A stretch of 64,000 nt of DNA from Amphiscolops sp. MND2022 (GCA_964187785.1 OZ076409.1:26972001-27036000); one strand, 5' to 3'; counted from the stretch's first letter, positions 51,538 to 64,000 are shown. Numbers and translations: made by a program. The notes: generated from the sequence alone by a model not told the origin.

Positions 51538-54500
51538 GTGAGAGTTCCTTCTTTGCGAAGAAACTTTAGCATACTCTGAATTGCAGTGGAATTTTTGCAG
51601 AAAATGGGGGTTCTTTTCATATATTAATGAAAATATTTGAATAAAAAGATTTAAAACTAAACCAGAAACCTATTTGAAATTTTTTTCCAAGGTGACAGCT
51701 TAGGATCCGGACTATTTTTTATGAAGTCAGGCACCACTTCCTTTTTTGAGTTAAAAACAGTTAATTCGAACATAATCACAGTCCAAATGTGTGAAAAACG
51801 GAAAACTATTCTAATCGACTTCCTGTTATAGAAAAAGATTTTTAAAAATTATAAGCTAGGTTGATTTTTTTGCGAATTTCCCTCAAAACGATTTGATGTT
51901 GGGGGTGCAGAAATTTGTCTTTTTGCAACTTTGAAAATTGTTGCTTATCTCGGTCAAGTGTAAAACAACCTTCAACTCCTGAAAATCTGCAATAGCTCAA
52001 TGAGTCATTCCACTCATGATTAGTGATTCATTACCATTAGTTCAACGAAAGTACATTTTGTTCAAAAAATGTCGACAGAATCGTTCTAACGATAATTGCT
52101 CACTAATTATCCCCTAGTTGAGTCCTGCTTCTTATGCAAGCAGCAACTCCTAGTGTCTTTTGTTCATCCTGGTTTTTTTTGCATTTGCAAAATTAGTCAC
52201 GAATAATTTCCTCTCCCGGAATTTACATTCGACCTTCGCCCACTAATTGCCTTCCCTAATGACACAGTGGAAAATTTGGCGTCACGGCGGGTGCTCAAAT
52301 CACCAGTTGCGTCATTTCCCGACAAAAACGGGCGAAAATGTTTGAAGTGGCGTATTGAGCCTTTTGCAATTTGCAATTAACATCTTGCAACAACTGACAA
52401 ATTCTTTTTTCCCACAAAAATATGTTACTTTTGTTCAGTTCATAAAAAGCGAACGAAAAACAGAAAGTAGTGTACGCAAGTGAAAGCCATTTTAGTTTTT
52501 AAAACTGTTCGGAAGTTCGAAACAAAACCATGATTGATTGGTGATGAAAATCAAAAGTTCAGGAACAATTCTGCCTAGATGTGTCAAACATTGATTTGTG
52601 AGGAAAATAGGTCGTCTGGGGAGTATACTTTTTGGCTTAGCAGAAATACTGAATGATAGTCAGCCAAGCTTTGTTCACAGAACTTCGTCACCTCTTGTCA
52701 CATTGCATATAGCCACATGAAATATCACGGGTGACAGATGACAATACATCGAAGCATCGATCGAAATCATGCATGATTTAAAATTCTTCCATGATATTCG
52801 ATGAATCATTCCAAACTGAAATCTAGGTATAACATTCCACACAGCCAGTTTGGTGGCTTTTGTTGAGTTTCTTAAGCAGGAAAATATTTCCTGTTGTTGT
52901 TTCAAATTGAAAAAAAAACTTTTTCAGTGAATGTTCCGAACCTGGGAAATTTTCAATACTTTGTCTGCATTTGGGCTTATAATTTATTCTGCTGGCTCTG
53001 AATGCCTTCCTTAGTTGAAACTGCCGGTGTTTTTTACACGTTTCAGGCCTGTACGGAGTGTAATTTTTATGAAACATAGAAACTTCAGGCTGCAAGCAGA
53101 GAAAAACTTTCTGCGCGATAGAAAAAACTCGCTGCAACTTACAAAAATCCCTGAATAACATTTTTTCGCTAACGCCAGTGCAAGCGTAATAAAACGTTAA
53201 AAAACTCAATCTCGATATTGTAACTTGGCTAGAAATACTGATTTTCCTTTAAAATTTTCTGGAAGAGCTTAAATCTCTACTAAAGGTGATCAAAAGGAAC
53301 GGAAAATAAATTTAAACTAGGATGAATATGAAGCAAATACAAAATTCAGCAAAAAAAGCATTTTTGAAGGTTTGACAAACAATGTTTTGCATTTGGGAAG
53401 CAACATTTTCTGAACTCTGCCTTTGTCAAATGCGGATCCCAACAGTTTTTGGGGGTGCTTCTTGCAAATCTCGTAAGAGGAGTACTCACAAAAGTCACCA
53501 TTTCGGCATAATAACCTGACATAAATAAACACATTAGTATCAGCAACAAAAATAGTGGAACACTTCAAAAAGTGGAAAAAATTAAATTATATCTTCCCAA
53601 AACAGTTCTGATAACCTGGCACTATTTTTCGGACGACACACGCCCTGAAAACTGTCTTGGAAGTGAGCAATTTGATGTTTCGAGAGACAAAAATAAAAAG
53701 TGTGCTAAATTCAGGATCTCCTGATTTCATGCTCTTCAACAATCTAAGGCATACATATCTGAATGTTCTGCAAAAAACATGTTTTGGAAATTGTGGAAAG
53801 CTCTCAAACGTATTTTTCTTCAGTATCACTATTTAGTTTAATACCGCTTTCAAAATAGCCCTTGAAAACAACCATGAAGAACTTCGTTATCCACTTATTG
53901 CTTTTGTCCAATCCGGGGACTGAAGAATATTTCGTTTTTCATCTAAAAACGTTTCCGATATACGAATTTTGTTGCCACACTGGCACACGTAGACTAGTTG
54001 TTTATCATATTGTATCGTCTACACTTGCAAAATTGGTTTCGCCCGGGAAAACGTTGAAAATTTTGCTAGAGTTTTGTCTTCAATTTCTTTGATGTTGCTC
54101 TGAAAACCTGCCAAATTGTATCCTATAAAATACTTGAAGAATAAGCATTGCATCAGGGAAATATTTACCATGAATGATTCACTAAGGAACTCCCAAGATC
54201 CTGCTAAAAGTGCTCTGCAACCTTAATGAACATGTTAAGTTTCCCACCAGATTCAACTAGGGTTTCGCCAATCTAAGGTAGTGATAACCGTGACAAAATT
54301 TTCGCAGTTGCCAGTCAACGGGGTTAACAGTTTTTGGCGAACGTATCTGTTTCAAGTGTTTTTTGTCTCTCAAACTTGTTCCGTCGGAAGTTTCCGCTTA
54401 ACTGACAGATATGAAGACGTCCGCAAAAACCACAAAATATTTTATCTGCAAAGATTTAGCAACATCTTTCTTAGCTCGGGTATGCCAACAAAATTATTCC

Positions 54501-55003
54501 CTGAAGACGTTCAAAGACCGTTTGAATTTTGCAGAACAAATTTTTGGAACTTGATCTGAACATTTTTGCACTTCTTCTAATCTAGTCAATTCTAAACAAA
54601 TTCCCTCATTTTCCATGAATTTATCTACTACGAAAATAACTTTTGTGGTTGATTTCTATTTGGGAAGTTCTATCTTGGCTAGCTCTTGTATCAAACATTG
54701 GCGCGAAATGATAATAAAAAAGCACAGCATGGTCAGAACTTTGATTGATTCGCAAAGTAAAAAAAATTTTCAATTTTTTGAATCGATGAAAAATCTGGTT
54801 TAAAAAATCGATTTAATTGGTTACGCCCTTCCATAAAACATTGACTGTCAATCGAACTTGATATAAAGAGACTTCATTTGTGGTCAGTGTCCAGTTGAGA
54901 AGAGCAGTTGGTTAGCCTGGATTAGCACCGGAAGTTTCTTGAAGTTTCTTGACCTTCACCAGATGAAACTGCTCTTTATGTATGTATGTTTTTGTAAGGT
55001 GCC

Positions 55004-56759
55004 TGTCGTAAGCACGTAGATTAGGTTGACTATCATTTCGGTATTCCGTACGCTGCTCACATCAAGTATTTTTCTTGGTTCTCTCACCATAAATTTCTTC
55101 GGGAATAATATCCGGTCTCTCAGAGGGAACGTTCCACCTATTCCGTGTCACATGACCTGATCCGGCATTTATGACAGTTTGAATCTGAGGCAATATTTGG
55201 TTACTTATTGCGTCACTGATAGCCCTTTGGATCTGGGTATTAACACTGCCCATCATCTCGTCTAATTCTCTCGATAACCACCTTGTGTTCAATGCACCCG
55301 ACAGCCTATTTATCTCAGCACTTGAATTCCCACTTGTGGAATTCTGTCCATAATCGGCATTGGTACCTAAGTCACGGTTTGGACATATTTCCCCATTGTC
55401 ATTTTCAAAATTATTACTGACAGCACTTTCAGGCCTACCGGCCAAATTACTGTTTAAGCTTTCCTCTTTCTCTATGTCACTAAAGTGATTTCCCCGAGAA
55501 TTACGTCAAGATTTTCTATGTCTGATAACATGTCTAATTCTCTCGACTTCTTAGCTTCCTTCTGTTTTCTTGGAGAACCCGAATCAAACAATGAATTATT
55601 CAACTCAGAAATTAACAGTGGAACCGTTTTTGAGGGTATCTTTACTAGAAGTATCAAATTTGAACTGTGTCCCACTCAGGCAATGTATCAGTATTTATCC
55701 ATCTGAGGGGATGACACTCACATTTTTTACATTTCCTAGTTAAGATAAAGATCATATGATATGTGACTTACAAGACATTTTCCCAATGTTCTACATATTT
55801 AGGGAGTTTCAATAATCAACATCCTAAATGGGTATTCAATCTAAACAGCAACATCAAACAAGTCACCAATAAAAATATTACCGCCGGAATGTCAACAAAA
55901 TACCACTAGTTGCATCCCTGTCACCGGAATGTAACATTGACACCTGCCGACGCGTGTATATTACTAGGTGCATCAAGAAACGAAATACGATAATACATAT
56001 GCAAGTTTACGTGAAAATATGGAATAACTTGATTTTCAGCACTGGTACTTGGACAAATGTATCTTCGTATCATGGCCGGAATTGGCCAAATCCCCAAAAT
56101 AAAATAGCTATTAAGGGAGAAATTGGAAATAGCCTTAGCCGTTTACTAATTTAGGTCTGGCTCATTTAATTACTAATGTTGCACCAGGTTGGTTATTTAG
56201 TATAAAAGCACGAATACAAGAACTCCGGTTAAATATAAACGTAATTAATATCAAAGCATCGTTTTATGCAAAATAGCCGGAACCGGCCATTTGACCGAGA
56301 TACTAATGAAAGAAGACCAAATTGAGTCAACAGGCCTCATTTGGCCATCATTAAATGAAAGCGCCGGTACTACTAATGGAGCAATCTGATTGGTTGATTA
56401 TTGCGCTGAGAGCTACAACGCCGAGAAAGGACGTTTCCGCATTTGAACACGTTTCCTTCTCGCGATTGAATTGCTTACAGTCTATTACAGTATCTTTTCA
56501 ATTACTAATCTAGCATCTACTTTCCTTTGGATTCAACAATTGCCTGATTTGGATATTTCCAAATCGTAACGTTTTTAACAAACTAATAGTAATATAAATG
56601 TAGCAACAATATTTCAACATGATCTAATTGTTTAAGATATACTGTTTTGGTAGTTTTATCAGTTCATGCTCTAATAAATTGGCAGAGTTCCAGACGCGAC
56701 TTCTTGACCAATAGTGGAAGTTGTGTAGTTGATGCCATCACAGGCGGCAGCCTGCGACA
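55004..56759 (-). mobile_element. Solo-LTR-like element B2 (1756 bp) with 5-bp TSD and a frameshifted internal ORF (~55004-55580)
   Basis: TGTCG...CGACA inverted termini; perfect GTGCC duplications at 54999-55003 and 56760-56764; peptide homology to the B1 ORF. Confidence 0.88.
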
Positions 56760-57364
56760 GTGCCAAACCAAGCAGACTCATTAGTTTATACAAAACAAAC
56801 AACTTTTCAAGCTGCTTGAAATACAAAAGAAAATGACATGGTACCCAACTTCGAGTTGCTTCATCACACAAATATTTTGAAAATCAATCGGTCAGGTGGT
56901 AAAAAGGTGACAAAAGAATTACATGGGGTCGTCTTGTACATTTGGACTTATAAGTAAGTCAACAATAAAAACCTTTATGAAAACTAAACAAGGAATTAAC
57001 AACCAAAAATGGGTATCATCTGCATTGTGTTCAAAATTGGGCCAAAGATAATGAAAAAGAAAACAAAAGAAGTCTGTGTTTTCAACTTGTTTTCTCCTTA
57101 ACAGCTTCAATGAGTCAAATAATCGGAGCACTGGTCACACTAAAAGTACTACAATTTAACCTTTCAAAGCCCTTCGAAACACGCTATTTTGGCTACTTTG
57201 GGCAGAATTGAATCAAAATTCGCTGAGGCACCGACATATAGCGAATCATTGCTCGAATACGGTATATGTGATTGGGATGAAATGTTTTGGTTTTAACGTA
57301 GCTTCTTAAAACGTTTTCCGCGATAGAAAGACAACAAAACGCCCGATAAGCACCGGTATAAGCA

Positions 57365-58706
57365 AACAAGCCGGGACCGGCCCAAGTCGGCGCCATATCC
57401 AAGGCTCAAAAATAGCAAAAAGACTTCCAAGTGTCAAGTACTCTTTTACAGTACTCGAAAATCGAATTTTTTTGAGAAAAAATTACATACTCAAAAAAAT
57501 GGACCGAGTGGCGCGCCGGGGCTCGCTAGCGCGAGCCCCTGGCGCGCTAAAGTCTCACAATGCCAAAAAACTGAAAGGGGGGACCCTTTGAGGTTTTTCA
57601 ACATCCATTCTGTCGCAAAACATGAAAAAGTTGAAGAAAACAAAAATTTTCATTTTCGGGAAAAAAATCTCACAATGCCGAAAAAAAACTGAAAGGGGGG
57701 ACTCTTTGGGATTTTTCAACATCCATTCTGTCGCAAAACATCAAAAAAAATGCAGGGGGACCCTTTGGGGGAAAAAATTTTTTTTCGAAAAAAAGTCTCG
57801 CAGTGCCGAAAAAATGAAAGGGGGGAGTCTTTGGTCTCGCCCGGTATGGTATGTTACGCGGAAAAAAAGGAAAAACCTTTTTGGTTCAGTTCGCTAGACC
57901 AAATAGTGCATTTTGATGCAATAATATTTTGTAGAACTTTTGTAGAACTATTTTGGTCAGCTCGTGTGGATAGAAAATAAGATAAGATAAGATTTAATTC
58001 CATTGAGTAGCAATAAAATACAACAAGCCGGGACCGGCCCAAGTCGGCGCCATATCCAAGGCTCAAAAATAGCAAAAAGACTTCCAAGTGTCAAGTATTC
58101 GTTTACAGTAGTCGAAAATCGAAAAATTTTCGAAAATTTTTTTTGAAAAAATTACATACTAAAAAAATGGACCGAGTGACGCGCCGGGGCTCGCTACCGC
58201 AAGCCTCTGGCGCGCTAACGTCTCACAATGCCGAAAAACTGAAAGGGGGGACCCTTTGAGGTTTTTCAACATCCATTCTGTCGCAAAACATGAAAAAATT
58301 GAAGAAAACAAAAATTTTTATTTTCGGGAGAAAATCTCACAATGCCAAAAAAAACTGAAAGGAGGAACCCTTTGGGATTTTCCAACATCCATTCTGTCGC
58401 AAAACATCAAAAAAATGCAGGGGGGACCCTTTGAGGAAAAAAATTTCGAAAAAAAAATCTGAAAAAAATTGTCTCGCAGTGCCGAAAAAAATTGAAAGGG
58501 GGGACTCTTTGGTCTCGCCCGGTATGATATGTTACGCGGAAAAACAGGTAAAACAATTTTGGTCCAGTTCGCTAGGCCAAATGGTGCTATTTGACACCAT
58601 AATATTTTGTAGAACTTTTAAGAACTATTTTGGTCAGTTCGTGTGGATAGAAAAAAAAGAGTCACTATAATAGTCGCGTTTCACTTCATGAAGCGCCGAC
58701 TAAAAA
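57365..58706 (+). mobile_element. Head-to-tail dimer of HINE-like family 1 (heads at 57365 and 58022)
   Basis: Two highly similar ~660-bp units starting AACAAGCCGGGACCGGCCCAAGTCGGCGCC; only the second has the GCGCCGACTAAAAA end. Confidence 0.85.
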
Positions 58707-58843
58707 GATGTATTTAGAAGCACCCAAAGACGACGTAAAAGGAGCAAAAGGATGCTCTTCGAGTTTACGCCCTTGATGCCAAGTTGAAGCCAATGATTTA
58801 TTATCAATGAGGTATATGACGCTTGTAGAGGTTTTTTTTTCAT

Positions 58844-61679
58844 TTAATTATAAAACAGTTCTAATAGTTGTTTGTTGTCAACAATATACAGTGATGTGAT
58901 TTTCGATATATACTGTTTTAATCGACGAGGAGACATTTTCCAGGGTGAGGAAGGAACAAGATCCAAGTTTTTTAACCAATTGTATGCTTTTTGAAGGCAA
59001 TTGGTCAGAGATTTACTATTAGTAACAGTTCTGCTATATGTAGGAGTATACAGGTTCCTTTTATTCCACCTTGTTTGAAATTTAGGATCGGAGTTTTGGT
59101 TTATTTGAAGAAGGATGCGAGGTGATTCAGACTTCAATTGACGAAATAATTCTTTCAGTATTTCTACCATGAAAAGTTCAAACACAGTCAGAATTTTATT
59201 GTCTGCAAGTACATTTTTCAACGAATCAGATTTTCTTTTGAAATAAATTGCTCTCAATATTCTTCTTTGCACAGTTTCAATTTTTGATAGATTCGATTTG
59301 GCAGCAGTACCGTATAATAGTAGACCATATGTTATTACTGATTTAGCATATGAGTTGTAGAACATTAGGAGGCATTTTCTAGGATACAAATGTCTTACTC
59401 TATACATCAAGCCGCAGAATTTATTGAGTTTCTTCACCACATGATCAATGTGCTCTCTAAACTTTAAGGTTTTATCTATGTGAACACCTAAATACTTGCA
59501 TGAATTTTGGTTAAAAAGTTCTTTCGGCAGTATGTTCAAATTATCAGGCTTGCCGCAGCCAAAAAACATTGCCTCGCACTTATCAGTATTGATCGTCAAC
59601 TTGCTAGATTTAAACCATTTGGAAACAGCTACAATATCATTTTTGATTAGAGGATCAGTACGTTTTCCTGCATTAATAATGGTTGTATCATCGGCAAAAA
59701 TTATCATTTGACTATTTTGGCAGACATTTGGAAGGTCATTGATGTAAAGAAGAAACAAAAAAGGCCAAAGAACGGATCCCTGGGGAACTCCCGTGCAAAG
59801 TTTTAGTTTTTCTGTGCTCATGCTATTAGCTTTAATGTATTGCCATCTATCAGTTAAATAACTGCCAATTAGATGGTTGATATTTCCGCGCAAACCAAGT
59901 TTTTCCATTTTATTCAGCAAAATTTTATGATCAAGGGTATCAAACGCTTTCTGTAGATCAATGTAACAGGCTTGCCCGGTCAGTTTTTTATCTATCGCAT
60001 TTCTAATAAAATCAGTTATGGCAGCGATCGCATCAGTGCAAGACATTTTGTCTCTAAATCCATATTGTCTCGGGTTGAGCAACTTGCTAGTTCGACAGAA
60101 GTTCATCATTTGTTTATGAATGATTTTTTCGAAAATTTTGCTCAATGAGCTCAAAAGACTGATTGGTCTGTAATTTTGAGGGTCTTTTTTGTCACCTTTC
60201 TTATACAAAGGTATTACTTTAGCTATTTTGAAGCAATCTTCGAAAATGCAGTTTTCAATACATTGATTGAAAATCTTGACAAGGAAAGGTTCTATTATGG
60301 GAGAACAACATTTCAAAATTTCATTACTTATTCCATCATGACCACTGCTTTTTTTATTTTTCAAACCTCGAAGTATTTCAGAGATTTCTTTTTCATTTGT
60401 GGGATGTACAAACATTGTCTTCTCAAAATCGGGTGTATTACACTTTTCTGTCATGGTATCAAAGTTAGATGATAATTTTGGTCCAATTGATACGAAGTAA
60501 TTATTCAGAACATTCAAGTTGGGAAAATTCATTACATCTTGTTGTTTTTGTGTTGTTTTTAATGTTTTATAGATTGTTTTAGCAGTCGGATTTACTCCTA
60601 GTTTTTTGTAATTGGCTTTTTTCTTCTCCGATCTAATCATTCTCATGACTCTATTTCGACTTGTTTTGTAATTTATACGATTTAACTCGGTAGGGTGTTT
60701 TACCCAGAGCTGGAAGAATTGATTACGTTTATCAATAGCATTTTTAACTTTGTTTGTAATCCAATCCTCGGATTTAATACGACCTATCCAAGGTTTCTCC
60801 GGTGCAAAATGATCTACACTTGCCATAATAGTTTCTGATAGTCCTTCCATTTGTGCATTAACGTCCGATGTTACATTCATTTTTCTAAGTTTCTGATCCA
60901 GATAGAGTAGGAAATTTAGCGCAACATCTCCTTTTATTTTTTTTAAATTGCGAACTAATGGGATATTCATATTCGTACATTCTTTCCAATTGGCCGGTAT
61001 CTTTGCAGTGACCGTGAAGTGGTCACTAATAGTTGTTTGTATTGTTTCCGTAGTTACCAATCTTTCAGTGATCATATGATCAATGCATGTTTTAGATGTC
61101 GGTGTTACTCTCGTTGGTAGAGAATTACTTACTTGAAAATCATAAGCAATTAGTAAGTTGATGTAATCTGTTTTGGTTTTATGTTCTACCAGTGTGTCAA
61201 TGTTGAAGTCTCCAAAAATTATTGACTCGCCTTTTATTGTCTTCAAAAAATAGAGTAGAGCCTCAAATTCTGCGAAGAATTTAGTTAAACGGAGCGTTTC
61301 AGGTCTATATATTGCACAAAAATTTTTTACAACATTTCAGGGAAAGTTATTGTATTATAGAACATTCAATTTCAGTTTGAAATTCAATATTACTGTATTT
61401 AATACCTTCCTTTACGTAAAAAGCCACTCCTCCAGATCTGCGCTTGAAAAATTCTCAAGGTTTTGATTCAACTGGTTGGTATTCATCAAGATCCAATTCA
61501 TCTAAAGGATCGTTTTCAGTTAACCATGTTTCTGTTAAAATCAAAATTTCAGGTTTCCGCTTTAAAGTTTCGAGAAGTATTTTGAGTTGGTCATGATGGA
61601 ATCCCAAGGATCTAATATTTAAACCTAATACATTTACCTCATTCATCCGGCTTTCAAATTGGCTGATATCATTAGTCAT
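58844..61679 (-). pseudogene. LINE ORF2 (AP endonuclease + reverse transcriptase) with one TGA (61455-61457) and a frameshift near 61335-61350
   Basis: NIRSL, LTETWL, GGVAFYV, GDFNID, CIDH, SDH (APE); NYRPISLL, QYGFR, DLQKAFD, GVPQGSVL, FADD, KYLGV (RT). Confidence 0.93.
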
Positions 61680-61730
61680 GAAGTAGAAAATTTATGAACA
61701 ACAGATGGTTTGTTAGAGAGCATAGACAGT

Positions 61731-62609
61731 TTACAGTTTACCATAAACATTCTGGCCTTGTTGTTTAGCATCAACGTCATCAGTAAAAAACTCTTTAGTT
61801 ACTGCTTGTAGTTTCACTGGGTCTTGTTTGGCAGACTTGAGTTTTTGGATTAGATCTCCAAAGTCAATATCAGGTGAGCTTTCCATATTTTTCCGCTTTG
61901 AACCAGCTTCCACGAATTTCGATTGATTTGGTGTTTCTGAGCTGGTTTTTTTAAGATCTCCTGTTTGACGTAGAATAATTTTCCCACCAGTAAATAATTC
62001 GTCTACGTCCGTTTGATCAGTTACGGTATGAGCTTTTTTTCCAAAACTCGTTTTGACCAAAACTTGTGGTGCAGAATTCATTGACGTAGTCACACAACCC
62101 AAACCTCTTGCATAGTCCAACAAATTCGAATCTGCCTTAGTAAGACGTTCCTGTAGATAAATAGGTTTATTATTGATAGGGTTCATCTTACCTTTGAGTT
62201 GATACTTTCTTGCCCAAATGCGGTCCTTAGTGTAAAAATGAAGAAATCTCATTATTACATTTGGTGGTTGTCGACGGTCCGTGAACATGCCCAATGGATG
62301 ACACTCTTGTAGGTCCGTCTATTGCACCACGATACCCAGATACTCCCGCAAGAATTGAGTAACATCTTTAAAATATGAAATACCAGAGGTAAGTGGTAAG
62401 TTAGAAACGATAATGCAATTTTTGGAGTTGTATCTTTCTTGTTCATTAATTTGTTTGGATAAATAACGAACATCTTCTTTCAATGAATTTATTTCAGAAT
62501 CTTTGGCTTTCAATTCGGCCTGGAAAAGGCGGCAAATTTGGCTAACAATGGAATTTTCTTCATTGTTTTCTAGTTCAGTAATAAGTTCATTTAGTTTGGA
62601 CGCGGCCAT
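61731..62609 (-). pseudogene. LINE ORF1 (coiled coil + RRM-like), one in-frame TAG at 62319-62321
   Basis: The two ORF-track pieces are in the same frame; EQERYNSKNCIIVSNLP, CHPL...PPNVIMRF and IYLQERLT are motifs typical of L2/CR1-group ORF1. Confidence 0.8.
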
Positions 62610-62715
62610 GTTTAATTCAGCGCACACAATTGTTTAGCTGTCTTGTTTACTCTCAACAACCGACTGATCGTTAGCTATGCATATGTGTTTTTTGTTACTA
62701 CGCCGACTAAAAAGT

Positions 62716-62911
62716 ATGGAGAAGGCAAGGTTCGAAACCCATCCATACTTCTTTAAAAAGCAAACAAGTCTGGCAAAGTTGAGATATACCGACCACCTAC
62801 TTCCTGCTAAAACCGAAAAAAAAATTCAGGCTCCAGTCCGTGTTCGAACCATGCGGACGCACCGCCAACTGGGCCACGGTGACCAAAATATCCGCCTAAC
62901 TAGCTAAATGG
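62716..62911 (-). repeat. Two tandem tRNA-like (A box/B box) heads, SINE-like
   Basis: Minus strand TAGCTAGTTAGG...GGTTCGAACAC (62911-62828) and TAGGTGGTCGG...GGTTTCGAACC (62806-62716). Confidence 0.45.
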
Positions 62912-63035
62912 ATTATCACTTAAGTGGATTTTAGCAGAATTTGGAGAAAAAACGCTTGAACGTGGAAATTTCCAATCAAGTATAGTTTTGGAGGATTATT
63001 TTTCTAAGGTGGTTTATGTGTTTTTTTTGTTTCAG

Positions 63036-63252
63036 AAGAAGCGCCAGTGTCGTCTGATATTGGAACTATCCAGTCAGTGCTGGCTGAGACCATTTCCAGT
63101 CGGTTCATCCAACTGACCTGGGAAGTATCCAGGTCTCCCCACTCCGAGGCGAGTGCATCCCTCAACAGTACAAACAACGGGGTCACAAAGAAAAACATAG
63201 CTGCCTTTGAATTGCGTTATGCCGTGTCGTCTGGCAATGTGTTTCCTAAAAG
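63036..63252 (+). CDS. DCC/neogenin-like receptor, exon h (first FN3 domain, N-part); gene continues beyond the window
   Basis: tttcag acceptor in phase 1, matching exon g; AETISSRFIQLTW...NIAAFELRY resembles the first FN3 of DCC/neogenin; GT donor at 63253. Confidence 0.88.
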
Positions 63253-64000
63253 GTAGCTTCTTACGTTTGTTACCTGATTTTCATTGTTGCCAAATCTTTC
63301 TTAAAATTCTCCATTTTTATTATCTTGCTCTAAAAAGACAGGCATTTAACAGAAAAAGAATGAGAATGATTTTAATCCATCCAAAGAATGGTTGCTGCGA
63401 CAAATTTTTTCCGAATACTTCAATAGCGTCGTCAAAAATTGTACGGATGTTATTTCCATCATTTTCTTAGAATTTTTAGTCAGCACTTCTAGTGACATTT
63501 TTAATGTTATATGAGTGGTATGTAGTCACCAAGTCTGCGAATTTTTGAGGCGCCAGTTTTCTCAAATTTTTCTCAGAGCTATTAACATTTTTCAAATGAT
63601 GTAAAAGCATTGTCATTTTAATTTTTCCATTCCGCAGTCTTCTCTTTATGGCTTATATTGAAAATGTAACAGCTTATTCATTACATTGTTTGTTGGGCGA
63701 CATTGCAAATTGGTCCAGGTTTTCAATTTCTAAGCACAACACGACGAAGACACAGATGGCTGAAACATGAAAGGATGGCCTTGGAATTTTCAATGTGCGA
63801 TGCATCTTTTGATGCTGCAGCTAACACTGAATGCACGATTGATATGTAACAGTTGTGTAGTTGACACAATATTACATGCAAACATAACATGTTTTTTACT
63901 AGAGAAACTTGTTATTTAGTGAAAGTTTGTCAGACTATGTATTTAGAAGTGTTGTGCAGTCATTGGAAACAAAGAGTTGTTGAAAACCCCTCCCATTTTT

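Larger units (their letters stand above)
58708..62700 (-). mobile_element. Full-length, lightly mutated LINE of the CR1/L2/Crack group (~4.0 kb) with 14-bp TSD
   Basis: ORF1 plus APE-RT ORF2; CGCCGACTAAAAAG at 58694-58707 and 62701-62714; short 3' UTR with AATAAA and no long poly(A). Confidence 0.93.

Noticed and set aside
52600..54600. Possible decayed coding sequence of a large DNA element in the long intron
   Set aside because: I could not recover any diagnostic motif by eye; it needs a translated profile search.

Overview
AT-rich, repeat-dense animal (invertebrate) genomic DNA; not prokaryotic, with no CRISPR, rRNA or intact tRNA genes seen. There are two host genes. (i) An intronless RING/B-box/coiled-coil (TRIM) gene ends in a six-blade Kelch propeller, an atypical architecture, and carries one frameshift in the B-box (14059-15718). 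(ii) Eight phase-compatible exons (44931-63252) encode a 4-Ig + FN3 receptor resembling DCC/neogenin/frazzled/UNC-40 that continues past the window. Most of the rest is mobile DNA: the 3' half of a decayed Ty3/Gypsy element with its LTR; three large solo-LTR-like elements (1.6-2.4 kb), each with an ORF that starts inside the LTR and runs off its end; a near-intact full-length CR1/L2-group LINE with a 14-bp TSD plus older copies; two families of DINE-1/HINE-like non-autonomous Helentrons (tandem, nested and satellite-bearing); tRNA-derived SINE-like heads; and two long palindromes. All calls come from manual reading of the sequence; no database searches were run.
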